Notes under the pieces: model-generated | Seen by the model: the letters and a program-made list of their open reading frames with translations, nothing else | What the model was told of the DNA's origin: nothing | Database searches by the model: none | Program-made: the position numbers and the translations under genes | Assembly (NCBI GenBank): GCA_963718235.1 | Contig: CAVQYR010000001.1 | Location: forward strand, 896,001 to 960,000 | Reading direction: 5' to 3' | DNA length: 64,000 bases | Origin: an uncultured Actinomycetota bacterium | Lineage (GTDB): Bacteria > Actinomycetota > Actinomycetes > JAHEKZ01 | Part shown: in pieces, positions 21,304-31,514 of the stretch | Numbering within the stretch: the first letter of the stretch is position 1 | How the letters are laid out: the number at the start of each line of letters is the position of its first letter

Positions 21304-21764
21304 TGCGCGTCTACGTCCCCTTCACCGTGGACCGGCTGGCATCGGTCGTGGAGTCCTCGGCGGTCGGTCCGGCGCCGTTCGCCGCCGCCGCGGTCACCGC
21401 CTCCCGCCGCCTTGAGCAGCAAGGCGCCGATGTCGAGCAGCTGGAGCACGACGCCACGACCGACGCGGCGCGCCGCTCCCTGGAGCTGCTCGCCCAGGAC
21501 CCCGCCTCGGCCTACCGAAGGCTCGTGATCGCCGCCGACGTCGAGGATCGTCACGTCGGACCCCATGAGCGGCCAGGCTGGGTCACGGTCACCGGTCCGG
21601 TGCCGCTCGGGCGGGTGGCCGCATTCCTGGTCGACGGCGAGGACGCCGTCCCCGACGTGTCGACCGCAGCCTTGACCCGGGCCTACGACGCCCTCGACGA
21701 CGTCCCCCTGCAGTGGTTCGCCGTGGGTGAGCTCTCGGCCCTCGTCGACGACGTCGGCTCGTGA
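21303..21764 (+). CDS. DUF6912-like conserved actinobacterial protein
   Basis: TGATG overlap; MRVYVPFT..RRSLELLA..RRLVIAADV..LQWFAVGEL. Confidence 0.78.
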   Translation: MRVYVPFTVDRLASVVESSAVGPAPFAAAAVTASRRLEQQGADVEQLEHDATTDAARRSLELLAQDPASAYRRLVIAADVEDRHVGPHERPGWVTVTGPVPLGRVAAFLVDGEDAVPDVSTAALTRAYDALDDVPLQWFAVGELSALVDDVGS

Positions 21765-21804
21765 CACGATGGCGGCAGTGAGCCAGCCCTTCCGGAGGTC
21801 AGCA

Positions 21805-23430
21805 GTGGACGCCGTCACGCAGGTACCCGCACCGGTCAACGAACCAGTCCTCACCTACGGGCCGGGCACGCCCGAGCGCGGCGAGGTCGAGCAGGCGCTG
21901 AAGACCCTCCAGGCGCAGCCGCGGGACCTGCCCATGGTGGTCGGTGGCGAGCACCGCATGGGCAGCGGCGTCCCCACCGTGGTCGTGCAGCCGCACGCCC
22001 ATGCAGAAGTCCTGGGCACGATGAACAAGGCCACCCCCGAGGACGCCGAGCTGGCCGTCGCTGCCGCGGCCGCGGCCGCCCCCGGCTGGCGCGACCTGTC
22101 CTTCGACGACCGGGCCGCGGTGATCCTCAAGGCGGCTGACCTGCTGGCCGGCCCGTGGCGGGCCCGGCTCAACGCGGCCACGATGCTCGGCCAGTCCAAG
22201 ACCGTGCAGCAGGCCGAGATCGACGCCGCGTGCGAGCTGGTCGACTTCTGGCGCTACAACGTGCACTTCGCCCGGCAGATCCAGGAGCAGCAGCCGTCGT
22301 CGTCCCGGGGCGTCTGGAACCGGCTCGACCACCGGCCGCTCGAGGGCTTCGTCTACGCCGTGACGCCGTTCAACTTCACCGCGATCGCGGGCAACCTCCC
22401 GACCGCACCTGCGCTCATGGGCAACACCGTCGTCTGGAAGCCCGCCCACACCCAGCAGCTGGCAGCCAGCCTGCTCATGGAGCTGCTGGAGGAGGCCGGC
22501 TTGCCGCCTGGAGTGATCAACATGGTCACCGGCGACGGCAAGGCGGTGTCCGGCGTCACCCTGGCCAGCCCGGACCTGGCCGGCATCCACTTCACGGGCT
22601 CGACCCCGGTCTTCCAGATGTTCTGGCAGCAGGTCGGTGCCAACATCCACAGCTACCGCTCCTACCCACGGATCGTGGGGGAGACCGGGGGCAAGGACTT
22701 CATCGTGGCCCACCCGTCGGCCGACGTCGACGTGCTGCGCACGGCGATGACCCGTGGTGCGTTCGAGTACCAGGGCCAGAAGTGCTCGGCGGCCTCCCGC
22801 GCCTACGTCCCGCGCAGCCTCTGGTCGCGGCTGCGCGACGACCTGGTCTCGGAGGTCGACGGTCTCTCGATGGGCGACGTGCGTGACCTGTCGAACTTCA
22901 TGGGTGCGGTGATCGACGACGCCTCCTTCGCCAAGCTCGCCGACGTTCAGAGACAGGCTGCTTCGGACCCCACCATCGAGGTGCTGGCCGGAGGGACCGC
23001 CGACGACTCGGTGGGCTACTTCGTGCGGCCGACCTTGCTGGTGGGCAGCGACCCCACGAACGAGATCTTCCGCGACGAGTACTTCGGGCCGATCCTCGCC
23101 GTGCACGTGTACGACGACGGCGACTACGACACGATGCTCGACCAGATGGAGGGCATCGCCCCCTACGCCCTGACCGGGTCGATCATCGCGCAGGACCGAA
23201 GGGCTGTCGCCGAGGCCTCGCAGCGGCTGCGGTTCGCGGCCGGCAACTTCTACGTCAACGACAAGCCGACCGGTGCGGTGGTGGGCCAGCAGCCGTTCGG
23301 TGGCGGCCGGGCCAGCGGCACCAACGACAAGGCCGGGGGTCCGCAGAACCTCCTGCGCTGGGTCAGCCCACGCTCCATCAAGGAGACGTTCGTGCCGCCG
23401 ACCGACTACCGCTACCCGCACATGGGCTGA
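21805..23430 (+). CDS. pruA: L-glutamate gamma-semialdehyde (P5C) dehydrogenase
   Basis: PFNFTAIAGNL, GETGGKDF, FEYQGQKCSA, NDKPTGAVVGQQPFGG; RBS GGAGG. Confidence 0.95.
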   Translation: MDAVTQVPAPVNEPVLTYGPGTPERGEVEQALKTLQAQPRDLPMVVGGEHRMGSGVPTVVVQPHAHAEVLGTMNKATPEDAELAVAAAAAAAPGWRDLSFDDRAAVILKAADLLAGPWRARLNAATMLGQSKTVQQAEIDAACELVDFWRYNVHFARQIQEQQPSSSRGVWNRLDHRPLEGFVYAVTPFNFTAIAGNLPTAPALMGNTVVWKPAHTQQLAASLLMELLEEAGLPPGVINMVTGDGKAVSGVTLASPDLAGIHFTGSTPVFQMFWQQVGANIHSYRSYPRIVGETGGKDFIVAHPSADVDVLRTAMTRGAFEYQGQKCSAASRAYVPRSLWSRLRDDLVSEVDGLSMGDVRDLSNFMGAVIDDASFAKLADVQRQAASDPTIEVLAGGTADDSVGYFVRPTLLVGSDPTNEIFRDEYFGPILAVHVYDDGDYDTMLDQMEGIAPYALTGSIIAQDRRAVAEASQRLRFAAGNFYVNDKPTGAVVGQQPFGGGRASGTNDKAGGPQNLLRWVSPRSIKETFVPPTDYRYPHMG

Positions 23431-23437
23431 GCCCTTC

Positions 23438-24760
23438 ATGGCCGTCGTTCCCCCGACCCGCTATGCCACGTCGGCCGACGGCACCGCGGTGGCCTACCAG
23501 ACGCTGGGCGAGACCGGGCCCGACGTCGTCTTCCTGCGCGCCTGGAACACCAACCTCGAGTACGAGTGGGAGGACCCGGTCCTCGCCCATGCGCTGCGAC
23601 GCATCGGGCAGTTCGGTCGGCTCGTCATCCTCGACCGCAGGGGCATGGGGTTGTCCGACCGTCCGGCCGACGAACCGACCCTGGAAGCCCATGCCGACGA
23701 CATCCTGACGGTGCTCGACGACCTGGCCTGTGACGATGCCTGGCTGGTCGGTACGGCCGCGGCCTGCGGGATCGTGTCGGCCTTCGCGGCCATGCACCCG
23801 AGCCGGGCGCGTGGGGTCGTCCTGTTCCACCCCGACCCGGGCGGCGACGGGTCACCCGACGACGAGCTCGGCGTCGAGGCCTGGGTGGCCGGCTGGGGGA
23901 CGGAGGCCCACGCCGCCGAGCTGGCCTCGCTAGCCGCACCGAGCCGGGCGGACGACCCCGCCTTCGTGCACTGGCTGGCCACGATGGAGCGGCTCAGCGC
24001 CAGCCCCGCGGTGGCCCGGCGGCTGCTCGCCTCCGCCACGGTCGAGCTGGCCGACGTGCTGTGCGCCGTCCGAGTCCCGACCCTCGTTCTTGCGCGTGCG
24101 GGTCTCCCCGAGGACGAGCTGGCCGCGGCCCGCGCGGTCGCCGACCTGGTGCCTGATGCGCAGCTGGTGCTCGTGCCCGGAACGGACCACATGATCATCT
24201 CCGGGCCGGTTGACGCCGCCCTCGATGAGATCGAGCGGTTCGTCACGGGCTCGGTGCGCACCGCCCCGGACCTCGACCGGGTGCTCACGACAGTGCTGTT
24301 CACCGACCTCGTGTCATCGACCGAGCAGCTGACGAGCCTCGGGGACCGGCACTGGGGCGGGATGGTCGACCGGCACCACGGTGTGGTCCGCGACCTGCTC
24401 GAGCAGTACCACGGTGTCGAGCAGGACACTGCCGGTGATGGCTTCTTCGCCACGTTCGACGGTCCCGCCCGAGCGGTGCGCTGTGCCCGCGAGATCGTGA
24501 CCGCCGTGGGAGGGCTTGGGCTCTCCGTGCGCGCGGGCGTGCACACCGGGGAGTGCGAGTCAGTCGACGGCAAGGCGTCGGGTGTGGCTGTCGTCGTGGC
24601 GGCTCGGGTGATGGCGTCGGCCGGAGCCGGTGAGGTGCGCACGACATCCACCGTGCACGACCTGGTGGCGGGGTCGAGCCTCACGTTCGAGGACCTCGGT
24701 GACTTCGCGCTCAAGGGGCTCTCCGGTCCAAGACGGCTGTTTCGGCTGGTCGGCGCGTGA
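23438..24760 (+). CDS. Alpha/beta hydrolase-class III adenylate/guanylate cyclase fusion (LipJ-like)
   Basis: DRRGMGLSD; TVLFTDLVSST, TAGDGFFATFDGP, RAGVHTGE, LKGL. Confidence 0.88.
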   Translation: MAVVPPTRYATSADGTAVAYQTLGETGPDVVFLRAWNTNLEYEWEDPVLAHALRRIGQFGRLVILDRRGMGLSDRPADEPTLEAHADDILTVLDDLACDDAWLVGTAAACGIVSAFAAMHPSRARGVVLFHPDPGGDGSPDDELGVEAWVAGWGTEAHAAELASLAAPSRADDPAFVHWLATMERLSASPAVARRLLASATVELADVLCAVRVPTLVLARAGLPEDELAAARAVADLVPDAQLVLVPGTDHMIISGPVDAALDEIERFVTGSVRTAPDLDRVLTTVLFTDLVSSTEQLTSLGDRHWGGMVDRHHGVVRDLLEQYHGVEQDTAGDGFFATFDGPARAVRCAREIVTAVGGLGLSVRAGVHTGECESVDGKASGVAVVVAARVMASAGAGEVRTTSTVHDLVAGSSLTFEDLGDFALKGLSGPRRLFRLVGA

Positions 24761-24832
24761 CCGGCCGGTCGCCGTAGTCTGCTGAGCCAAAGCGCCCCAG
24801 GAGGGCCGGATGTCTCAGCAGGAGGCCCGAGA

Positions 24833-25246
24833 ATGGAACTGTCAGCAGCCCTCGCGTTCGCGACCGGCTACCAGAAGGGGACCCTGGTGACGATCCGACG
24901 GGACGGCCGGCCCCAGGTCTCCAACGTCCTCTACGTCCTGGACGGCGACTCGGTCTCGATGTCGGTGACCGCCGACCGGGCCAAGACCCGCAACCTGCAG
25001 CGCGACCCCCGGGCCTGCCTGCACGTCACCGACGAGACCTTCTGGAAGTACGTCGTCCTCGACGGCACGGTGACGCTGAGCCCCCCGGCGACCGACCCGG
25101 GCGACCCCACGGTCGAGGCCCTGATCGCCTACTACCGGCGCTCGAACGGCGAGCACCCCGACTGGGACGACTACCGGGCGGCGATGGTGGCAGAGCGCAG
25201 GCTGGTCGCCACGCTCGAGGTGACCTCCGCCTACGGCCAGGTCTAG
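24833..25246 (+). CDS. PPOX-class F420-dependent oxidoreductase
   Basis: LVTIRRDGRPQVS, AKTRNLQRDPR, EHPDWDDYRAAMVAERR. Confidence 0.9.
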   Translation: MELSAALAFATGYQKGTLVTIRRDGRPQVSNVLYVLDGDSVSMSVTADRAKTRNLQRDPRACLHVTDETFWKYVVLDGTVTLSPPATDPGDPTVEALIAYYRRSNGEHPDWDDYRAAMVAERRLVATLEVTSAYGQV

Positions 25247-25251
25247 GAAGC

Positions 25252-25279
25252 GGTGCCGCCCCTCCCGACGGGAGGCACC
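25252..25279 (+). terminator. GC-rich hairpin after the PPOX gene
   Basis: GGTG..CCTCCC-GAC-GGGAGGCACC inverted repeat. Confidence 0.35.
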
Positions 25280-25389
25280 CGAGCGGCGTAATCGGGGGAC
25301 CGGACGGTGGGGTCCGCCCCCGTGGTCGGCCCGCCAACCGGTAGCCTCATACTCCGGCCAAGCAGGGCATGGACGGGAGCGCAGGTTCG

Positions 25390-28300
25390 ATGCTGAGCAA
25401 GCTGGACGACGCCAAGATCGACCTGATCGAACGCGCTGTGGAGCGGGCCGACGGCCCCGGGCGCGACGAGCTGGCCGCCTACCTCGACGCCTTCTACCGG
25501 CACATCGCCCCCGAGGACCTCATCGGGCGCGAGCCGGCCGACATCCTGGGGGCCCCGGTCTCGGTCCGCCGGCTGGCGGCCGACCGACCGGTGGGCACGG
25601 CCAAGGTCCATGCGTTCACCCCAACCGTCGACGAGCACAGCTGGTCCAGCGGCCACACGGTGGTCGAGGTCGTCACCGACGACATGCCGTTCCTCGTCGA
25701 CTCGGTCACCTCCTCGCTGTCGCAGCTCGGCCTGTCGATGCACCTGCTGGTCCACCCGCAGTTCGCCGTCCGCCGGTCGCTGTCCGGTGAGCTGCAGGAG
25801 CTGCTGACCAGTCCCGACGCCCGCTACGAGCCAGGCGTCACGCCCGAGTCGTGGATGCATGTCGAGGTCGACCGGGTGAGCGACCCGGCGGTCCTCCAGC
25901 GGATCGAGTCGTCGCTGCACTCGGTGCTCACCGACGTCCGTGAGTCCGTCGAGGACTGGGCGAAGATGCGTGAGGCGGCGCTGCGCACCGCTGACGAGCT
26001 CGCCTCCGCACCTCCGGTCGGTATCGCCGAGTCCGAGGTGGCCGACGCCTGGGACCTGCTGCGCTGGCTGGTCGACGACCACTTCACGTTCCTGGGCTAC
26101 CGCGAGTACACCCTCGAGCGCCGCGACGACGAGGACGTCCTGGCCACCGTGCCGGGCAGCGGACTGGGCCTGCTCCGCGGTGACCGCACCGAGTCGGCGT
26201 CCTTCAGCAAGCTGCCCGTCGAGGTTCGGGCCCGAGCCCGTGAGCCGCGGGTCCTCGTGCTCACCAAGGCCAACAGCCGCTCCACGGTCCACCGACCGGC
26301 CTACCTGGACTACGTGGGCATCAAGACCTTCGACGACCAGGGCCACGTGGTCGGTGAACGCCGGTTCCTCGGCCTGTTCACGGCGAACTCCTACAGCGAG
26401 AGCGTCATGCGGATCCCGGTGCTGCGCCGCAAGGTCAAGGCGGTCGTGGAGGCGTCGGGCTTCGAGCCGATGAGCCACAGCGGCAAGGACCTCCTGCAGA
26501 TCCTCGAGACCTACCCGCGCGACGAGCTGTTCCAGATGAGCGCCGAGGAGCTGCTGCCCGTCGTCACCTCCGTGATGCACCTGCAGGAGCGGCGTCAGGT
26601 CAGGCTCTTCCTTCGCCCCGACGTGTACGGCCGGTTCGTGTCGGCGATGGTCTACCTGCCCCGAGACCGCTACACCACGCAGGTGCGCAAGGAGATGGAG
26701 CGCATCCTGTCCGAGGTCTACCACGCGGAGAGCGTCGACTACACGGCGAGAGTCTCGGAGTCGGTGCTGGCGCGGCTCCACTTCGTCGTGCGAACGCCTG
26801 CCGGCGAGCCGCTGCCCGAGCTCGACTTCGAGGCGCTGGAGCAGCGGCTCGCGCAGTCGACCCGTACCTGGGACGACGACCTGGCCGACGCGACGCTGGA
26901 GGCGCTGGGCGAAGAGGCCGCGGTGCCGCTGCTGCGCACGTTCGGCGGAGCCTTCCCCGAGGCGTACAAGGAGGACTTCGACGCCCGCACTGCGGTGGCC
27001 GACCTGAAGCGTGTCGTGGCGCTGGCGCCCGGCGGCGACATGGCGATGAACCTCTACCAGCCGACCGACGCCCAGCCCGGCGAGCGTCGGTTCAAGATCT
27101 ACCGCTCGGGGTCGGACATCTCGCTGTCGGAGGTGCTCCCGGTCCTGCAGCGGATGGGGGTCGAGGTCACCGACGAGCGGCCGTACGAGATCGAGCCCTC
27201 CGGCCAGGCCCCGGTGTGGCTGTACGACTTCGGCCTGGTCCACCACGGCAGCGGCGACATCGACGTGCCGAACGAACAGCTGCGGCTGCTCTTCCAGGAC
27301 GCCTTCGCCGCGGCGTGGCAGGGACGGGCGGAGGCCGACGGCTTCAACGCGCTGGTCCTTCGGGCCGGGCTCACCTGGCGCGAGGCCATGGTGCTGCGGG
27401 CCTACGCGAAGTACCTGCGCCAGACCGGCTCGACGTTCAGCCAGGAGTACATCGAGCAGGCGCTGTCGGCCAACCTGTCGATCACCCGGACCCTCGTCGA
27501 GCTGTTCGAGGCCCGGCTCGACCCGGCCTTCGCCGGCGACCGCGAGGCCGTCGCGACCGAGCTCACCGCGCGGGTCGTGACCGCGCTGGACGCCGTCCGC
27601 AGCCTTGACCAGGACCGGATCGTCCGGTCGCTGCTGGCCGCCATCAACGCCACGCTGCGCACGAACTACTACCAGCGTGACTCCGACGGGCGGCCCAAGG
27701 GCTACGTGTCGTTCAAGCTGAACCCACTGGCGATCCCCGACCTGCCCGCGCCGCGGCCGCGCTTCGAGATCTGGGTCTACTCGCCGCGGGTCGAGGGGGT
27801 GCACCTGCGCTTCGGCGCGGTGGCCCGAGGCGGGTTGCGCTGGTCGGACCGACGCGAGGACTTCCGAACCGAGGTGCTCGGCCTGGTGAAGGCGCAGGCG
27901 GTGAAGAACGCGGTGATCGTGCCCGGAGGTGCGAAGGGGGGCTTCGTCCCCAAGCACCTCCCTGACCCGACTGTGGCCGGTCGGGAGGCGTGGCTGGCCG
28001 AGGGCGTCGCCTCGTACCAGACCTTCATCTGCGCGCTGCTCGACATCACCGACAACCTCGTCGACGGCGCGGTGATCCCGCCCAAGGACGTCGTGCGCCA
28101 TGACGGGGACGACCCCTACCTGGTCGTGGCCGCCGACAAGGGCACGGCCACCTTCTCCGACATCGCCAACGGGATCGCCCAGTCGTACGGCTACTGGCTG
28201 GGCGACGCCTTCGCGTCGGGTGGTTCGGTCGGGTACGACCACAAGGCGATGGGCATCACCGCGCGCGGCGCCTGGGAGTCGGTCAAGCGTCACTTCCGCG

Positions 28301-30249
28301 AGATGGGGGTCGACACCCAGAGCCAGGAGTTCACCGTCGTCGGCATCGGGGACATGTCCGGTGACGTGTTCGGCAACGGCATGCTCCTGTCCGAGCACAT
28401 CCGCCTGGTCGCCGCGTTCGACCATCGGCACATCTTCCTCGACCCGGGCGCCGAGGCGGCCGCGTCGTTCAAGGAGCGCCGGCGCCTGTTCGACCTGCCG
28501 CGCTCCAGCTGGGACGACTACGACCGCAGCCTGATCTCCGAGGGCGGCGGGGTCTTCCCGCGCACGCTGAAGTCGGTGCCGATCGCCCCGCAGGTCGCCG
28601 AGTCCCTGGGGCTGTCCGAAGATGTGACGGCGCTGACCCCGACCCAGCTGATGCACGCCGTCCTGACCGCCCCGGTCGACCTGTTCTGGAACGGGGGGAT
28701 CGGCACCTACGTCAAGGCCGACAGCGAGTCCAACGGCGACGTCGGCGACAAGGCCAACGACGCCATCCGGATCAACGGCGGCGAGCTGCGGGTCAAGGTC
28801 GTGGGCGAGGGCGGCAACCTGGGGTTCACCCAGCTCGGACGGGTCGAGGCAGCCCAGGCGGGCGTGCGGATCAACACCGACGCCATCGACAACAGCGCGG
28901 GCGTCGACACCTCAGACCACGAGGTGAACATCAAGATCCTGCTCGATGCGGTCGTGCGCTCGGGCGACCTCACCGCCAAGCAGCGCAACGAGCTGCTCGC
29001 CGAGATGACCGACGACATCGCGGCGCACGTGCTGCGCGACAACTACGAGCAGAACGTGCTCCTGGGCAACGCGAGGGTGCAGGCGCACTCGATGCTCTCG
29101 GTGCACAAGCGGTTCATCCGCCAGATGGAGGAGCACGGCGAGCTCGACCGTGAGCTGGAGTTCCTGCCCTCGGACGCCGAGATCGACCATCGTGACGCCC
29201 TCGGCGGCGGGCTCACGTCGCCGGAGTTCTCGGTGCTCCTCGCGTACGCCAAGATGACCCTGGCCGACGACCTGCTCGAGTCGAGCCTCCCCGACGAGCC
29301 GTACTTCGCCCGGCAGCTGACCTCGTACTTCCCGCCTGCACTGGTGCAGCGGTACGCCGACCGGCTCGACCAGCACCCCCTTCGCCGCCAGATCATCACC
29401 ACCGTGTTCGTCAACGAGATGATCAACCGCGGGGGGATCACCTTCACCTTCCGCGCGGGTGAGGAGGCGGGTGCGACTCCGGTCGAGATCGCCCGCGCCT
29501 ACGCGGTGGCCCGGGACGTGTTCGGGCTCGACGCGTTCTGGCGCCGGGTCGAGCAGCTGGACAACGTCGTCCCGACGGCCGCCCAGTCCGCGGTCTACCT
29601 CGAGACCCGACGGTTGCTCGACCGCGCCACGCGGTGGGTCATGCAGAACCGGCGGTCCCTGGTCGACGTCGAGGCCGAGATCGACCACCTCGCCGCGATC
29701 CGGGAGCTGGCGCCGCTGATCCCGCAGATGCTGCGCGGTGCAGAACGTGAGCGGCTGGACCGCCGAGCGGCCGACTACGTCGAACGTGGGATCCCGCCGG
29801 AGCTGGCGGAGGAGACGGCGGCACACCTGGATGCCTTCTCGCTGCTGGACGTCGTCGAGCTGGCCAACTCCACGGGGCAGCCGGCGGAGGAGATCGGCTA
29901 CATCTACTTCGCGCTGTCCGACCGCTTCGAGGTCGACCGGATGCTCAACCGGATCACGGCGCTGCCCCGCGACGAGCGCTGGCACGCCCTGGCCCGGATG
30001 GCGCTGCGCTACGACCTCTACAGCGCACTGGCCGGACTGACCGCCAACGTGCTCGCGGTGACCCCTCCGGGCGGGACCCCCGAGGAGCGGATCGAGGCCT
30101 GGGAGGCCGCCAACGGCGAAGGCCTGCAGCGGGCCCGCAACACCCTGCACGAGATCGGCTCGGGCGACACGTTCGACCTGGCGACGCTGTCGGTCGCCCT
30201 TCGGGTCATCCGCACACTCGTCTCGACGGGGTCCCAGATCCGCAACTGA
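25390..30249 (+). CDS. gdhB: Large NAD-specific glutamate dehydrogenase
   Basis: About 1620 aa; RGGLRWSDRREDFRTE, VVAADKGTATFSD, GIGDMSGDVFGNG. Confidence 0.96.
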   Translation: MLSKLDDAKIDLIERAVERADGPGRDELAAYLDAFYRHIAPEDLIGREPADILGAPVSVRRLAADRPVGTAKVHAFTPTVDEHSWSSGHTVVEVVTDDMPFLVDSVTSSLSQLGLSMHLLVHPQFAVRRSLSGELQELLTSPDARYEPGVTPESWMHVEVDRVSDPAVLQRIESSLHSVLTDVRESVEDWAKMREAALRTADELASAPPVGIAESEVADAWDLLRWLVDDHFTFLGYREYTLERRDDEDVLATVPGSGLGLLRGDRTESASFSKLPVEVRARAREPRVLVLTKANSRSTVHRPAYLDYVGIKTFDDQGHVVGERRFLGLFTANSYSESVMRIPVLRRKVKAVVEASGFEPMSHSGKDLLQILETYPRDELFQMSAEELLPVVTSVMHLQERRQVRLFLRPDVYGRFVSAMVYLPRDRYTTQVRKEMERILSEVYHAESVDYTARVSESVLARLHFVVRTPAGEPLPELDFEALEQRLAQSTRTWDDDLADATLEALGEEAAVPLLRTFGGAFPEAYKEDFDARTAVADLKRVVALAPGGDMAMNLYQPTDAQPGERRFKIYRSGSDISLSEVLPVLQRMGVEVTDERPYEIEPSGQAPVWLYDFGLVHHGSGDIDVPNEQLRLLFQDAFAAAWQGRAEADGFNALVLRAGLTWREAMVLRAYAKYLRQTGSTFSQEYIEQALSANLSITRTLVELFEARLDPAFAGDREAVATELTARVVTALDAVRSLDQDRIVRSLLAAINATLRTNYYQRDSDGRPKGYVSFKLNPLAIPDLPAPRPRFEIWVYSPRVEGVHLRFGAVARGGLRWSDRREDFRTEVLGLVKAQAVKNAVIVPGGAKGGFVPKHLPDPTVAGREAWLAEGVASYQTFICALLDITDNLVDGAVIPPKDVVRHDGDDPYLVVAADKGTATFSDIANGIAQSYGYWLGDAFASGGSVGYDHKAMGITARGAWESVKRHFREMGVDTQSQEFTVVGIGDMSGDVFGNGMLLSEHIRLVAAFDHRHIFLDPGAEAAASFKERRRLFDLPRSSWDDYDRSLISEGGGVFPRTLKSVPIAPQVAESLGLSEDVTALTPTQLMHAVLTAPVDLFWNGGIGTYVKADSESNGDVGDKANDAIRINGGELRVKVVGEGGNLGFTQLGRVEAAQAGVRINTDAIDNSAGVDTSDHEVNIKILLDAVVRSGDLTAKQRNELLAEMTDDIAAHVLRDNYEQNVLLGNARVQAHSMLSVHKRFIRQMEEHGELDRELEFLPSDAEIDHRDALGGGLTSPEFSVLLAYAKMTLADDLLESSLPDEPYFARQLTSYFPPALVQRYADRLDQHPLRRQIITTVFVNEMINRGGITFTFRAGEEAGATPVEIARAYAVARDVFGLDAFWRRVEQLDNVVPTAAQSAVYLETRRLLDRATRWVMQNRRSLVDVEAEIDHLAAIRELAPLIPQMLRGAERERLDRRAADYVERGIPPELAEETAAHLDAFSLLDVVELANSTGQPAEEIGYIYFALSDRFEVDRMLNRITALPRDERWHALARMALRYDLYSALAGLTANVLAVTPPGGTPEERIEAWEAANGEGLQRARNTLHEIGSGDTFDLATLSVALRVIRTLVSTGSQIRN

Positions 30250-30287
30250 CCGGGGCTCCACGGGCCGGGATGGGCCAGGATGGGCCC

Positions 30288-31487
30288 ATGGCCTTCGACG
30301 TGGCGCGGATCCGCGCGCTCTACCCAGCCCTGCAGTCCGGCACCGTGTACCTCGACGGAGCCGCCGGCACCCAGTCCCCGACCTCGGTCATCGAGGCGAT
30401 CGCGGACGCCTACCGCCGGGGAACCAGCAACGCCGGTGGCTTCTTCGACGCGAGCCTGCGGGCCGACTACGACACGGCGGCCGCTCGGGAGGCGGTCGCC
30501 GACCTGGTGAACGGCGGGGCCGATGGGGTCGTCCTCGGGCCGAACATGACGACCTTGACCTACCGGATGGCCCAGGCGCTCGCGGAGACGTGGCGGGTGG
30601 GGGAGAGCATCGTGGTGTCCCGGCTCGACCACGACGCCAACGTGCGACCGTGGGTGCAGTGGGCGCACCGGGCCGGGGTCGAGGTGCGCTGGGCCGCGGT
30701 GGACCTGGCCACGGGAGAGCTCCCGACGCAGCAGTACCGCGACCTCGTCGACGGCGGCACCCGACTGGTCGCGGTGACCGCGGCCAGCAACGTCCTCGGC
30801 ACGCGTCCCGACGTCCGGGCGATCACCGACCTGGCTCACGCATCCGGTGCACTGGCCTACGTCGACGGGGTGCACGCCACGGCGCACGGTGTGGTCGACG
30901 TCGTCAAGCTCGGTGCCGACTTCTACGCCACCAGCGCCTACAAGTGGGACGGGCCGCATGTCGGGTGCGTGGTGGCCGCGCCCGAGCTGCTCGAGACGCT
31001 GCGCCCGTTCAAGCTGGCGTCGTCGGCCAACGACGTGCCCGACCGGTACGAGTGGGGGACACCGTCGTTCCACAACTACGCAGGGGTGGCGGCAGCGGTC
31101 GACCACCTCGCGGGACTGGACGACGCCGCGTCCGGCTCGCGTCGTGAGCGACTGGTCACCTCGCTTCGGGCCGCGGAGCAGCATGAGCACGCCCTGTTCA
31201 AGAGGATGCTGGCTACGCTCGAGTCCGATCCGCGCGTGACCCTGTACGGCAAGGCGGCCCACCGCACCGCGACGGTCTACTTCCGGGTCGAGGGGTTCAG
31301 CCCCGACGACGTGGCCCGGGCGCTGGCCGCACAGGACATCAACGTGTGGAGCGGGCACAACTACGCCTGGGAGGTCACTGCGGCGCTGGGGATCCGCGAC
31401 ACCGGGTCGGCGGTGCGTGCGAGCCTGGCCCACTACACCGACGACGACGACGTGGACCGCTTCCTGGCCGCCGTGCAGGCGCTGTGA
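30288..31487 (+). CDS. Cysteine-desulfurase-like PLP protein (class V aminotransferase)
   Basis: YLDGAAGTQ, LDHDANVRPW, VDGVH, SAYKW. Confidence 0.88.
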   Translation: MAFDVARIRALYPALQSGTVYLDGAAGTQSPTSVIEAIADAYRRGTSNAGGFFDASLRADYDTAAAREAVADLVNGGADGVVLGPNMTTLTYRMAQALAETWRVGESIVVSRLDHDANVRPWVQWAHRAGVEVRWAAVDLATGELPTQQYRDLVDGGTRLVAVTAASNVLGTRPDVRAITDLAHASGALAYVDGVHATAHGVVDVVKLGADFYATSAYKWDGPHVGCVVAAPELLETLRPFKLASSANDVPDRYEWGTPSFHNYAGVAAAVDHLAGLDDAASGSRRERLVTSLRAAEQHEHALFKRMLATLESDPRVTLYGKAAHRTATVYFRVEGFSPDDVARALAAQDINVWSGHNYAWEVTAALGIRDTGSAVRASLAHYTDDDDVDRFLAAVQAL

Positions 31488-31514
31488 TGGCCGCTGCGGC
31501 GCCGGCTGGTCGAG

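Noticed and set aside
25243-28656. Very long antisense/alternate-frame ORFs (1137 aa here; also 7114-9534, 1949-3958 and others)
   Set aside because: Shadows of high-GC coding genes; low-complexity R/G/P/A-rich translations with no motifs
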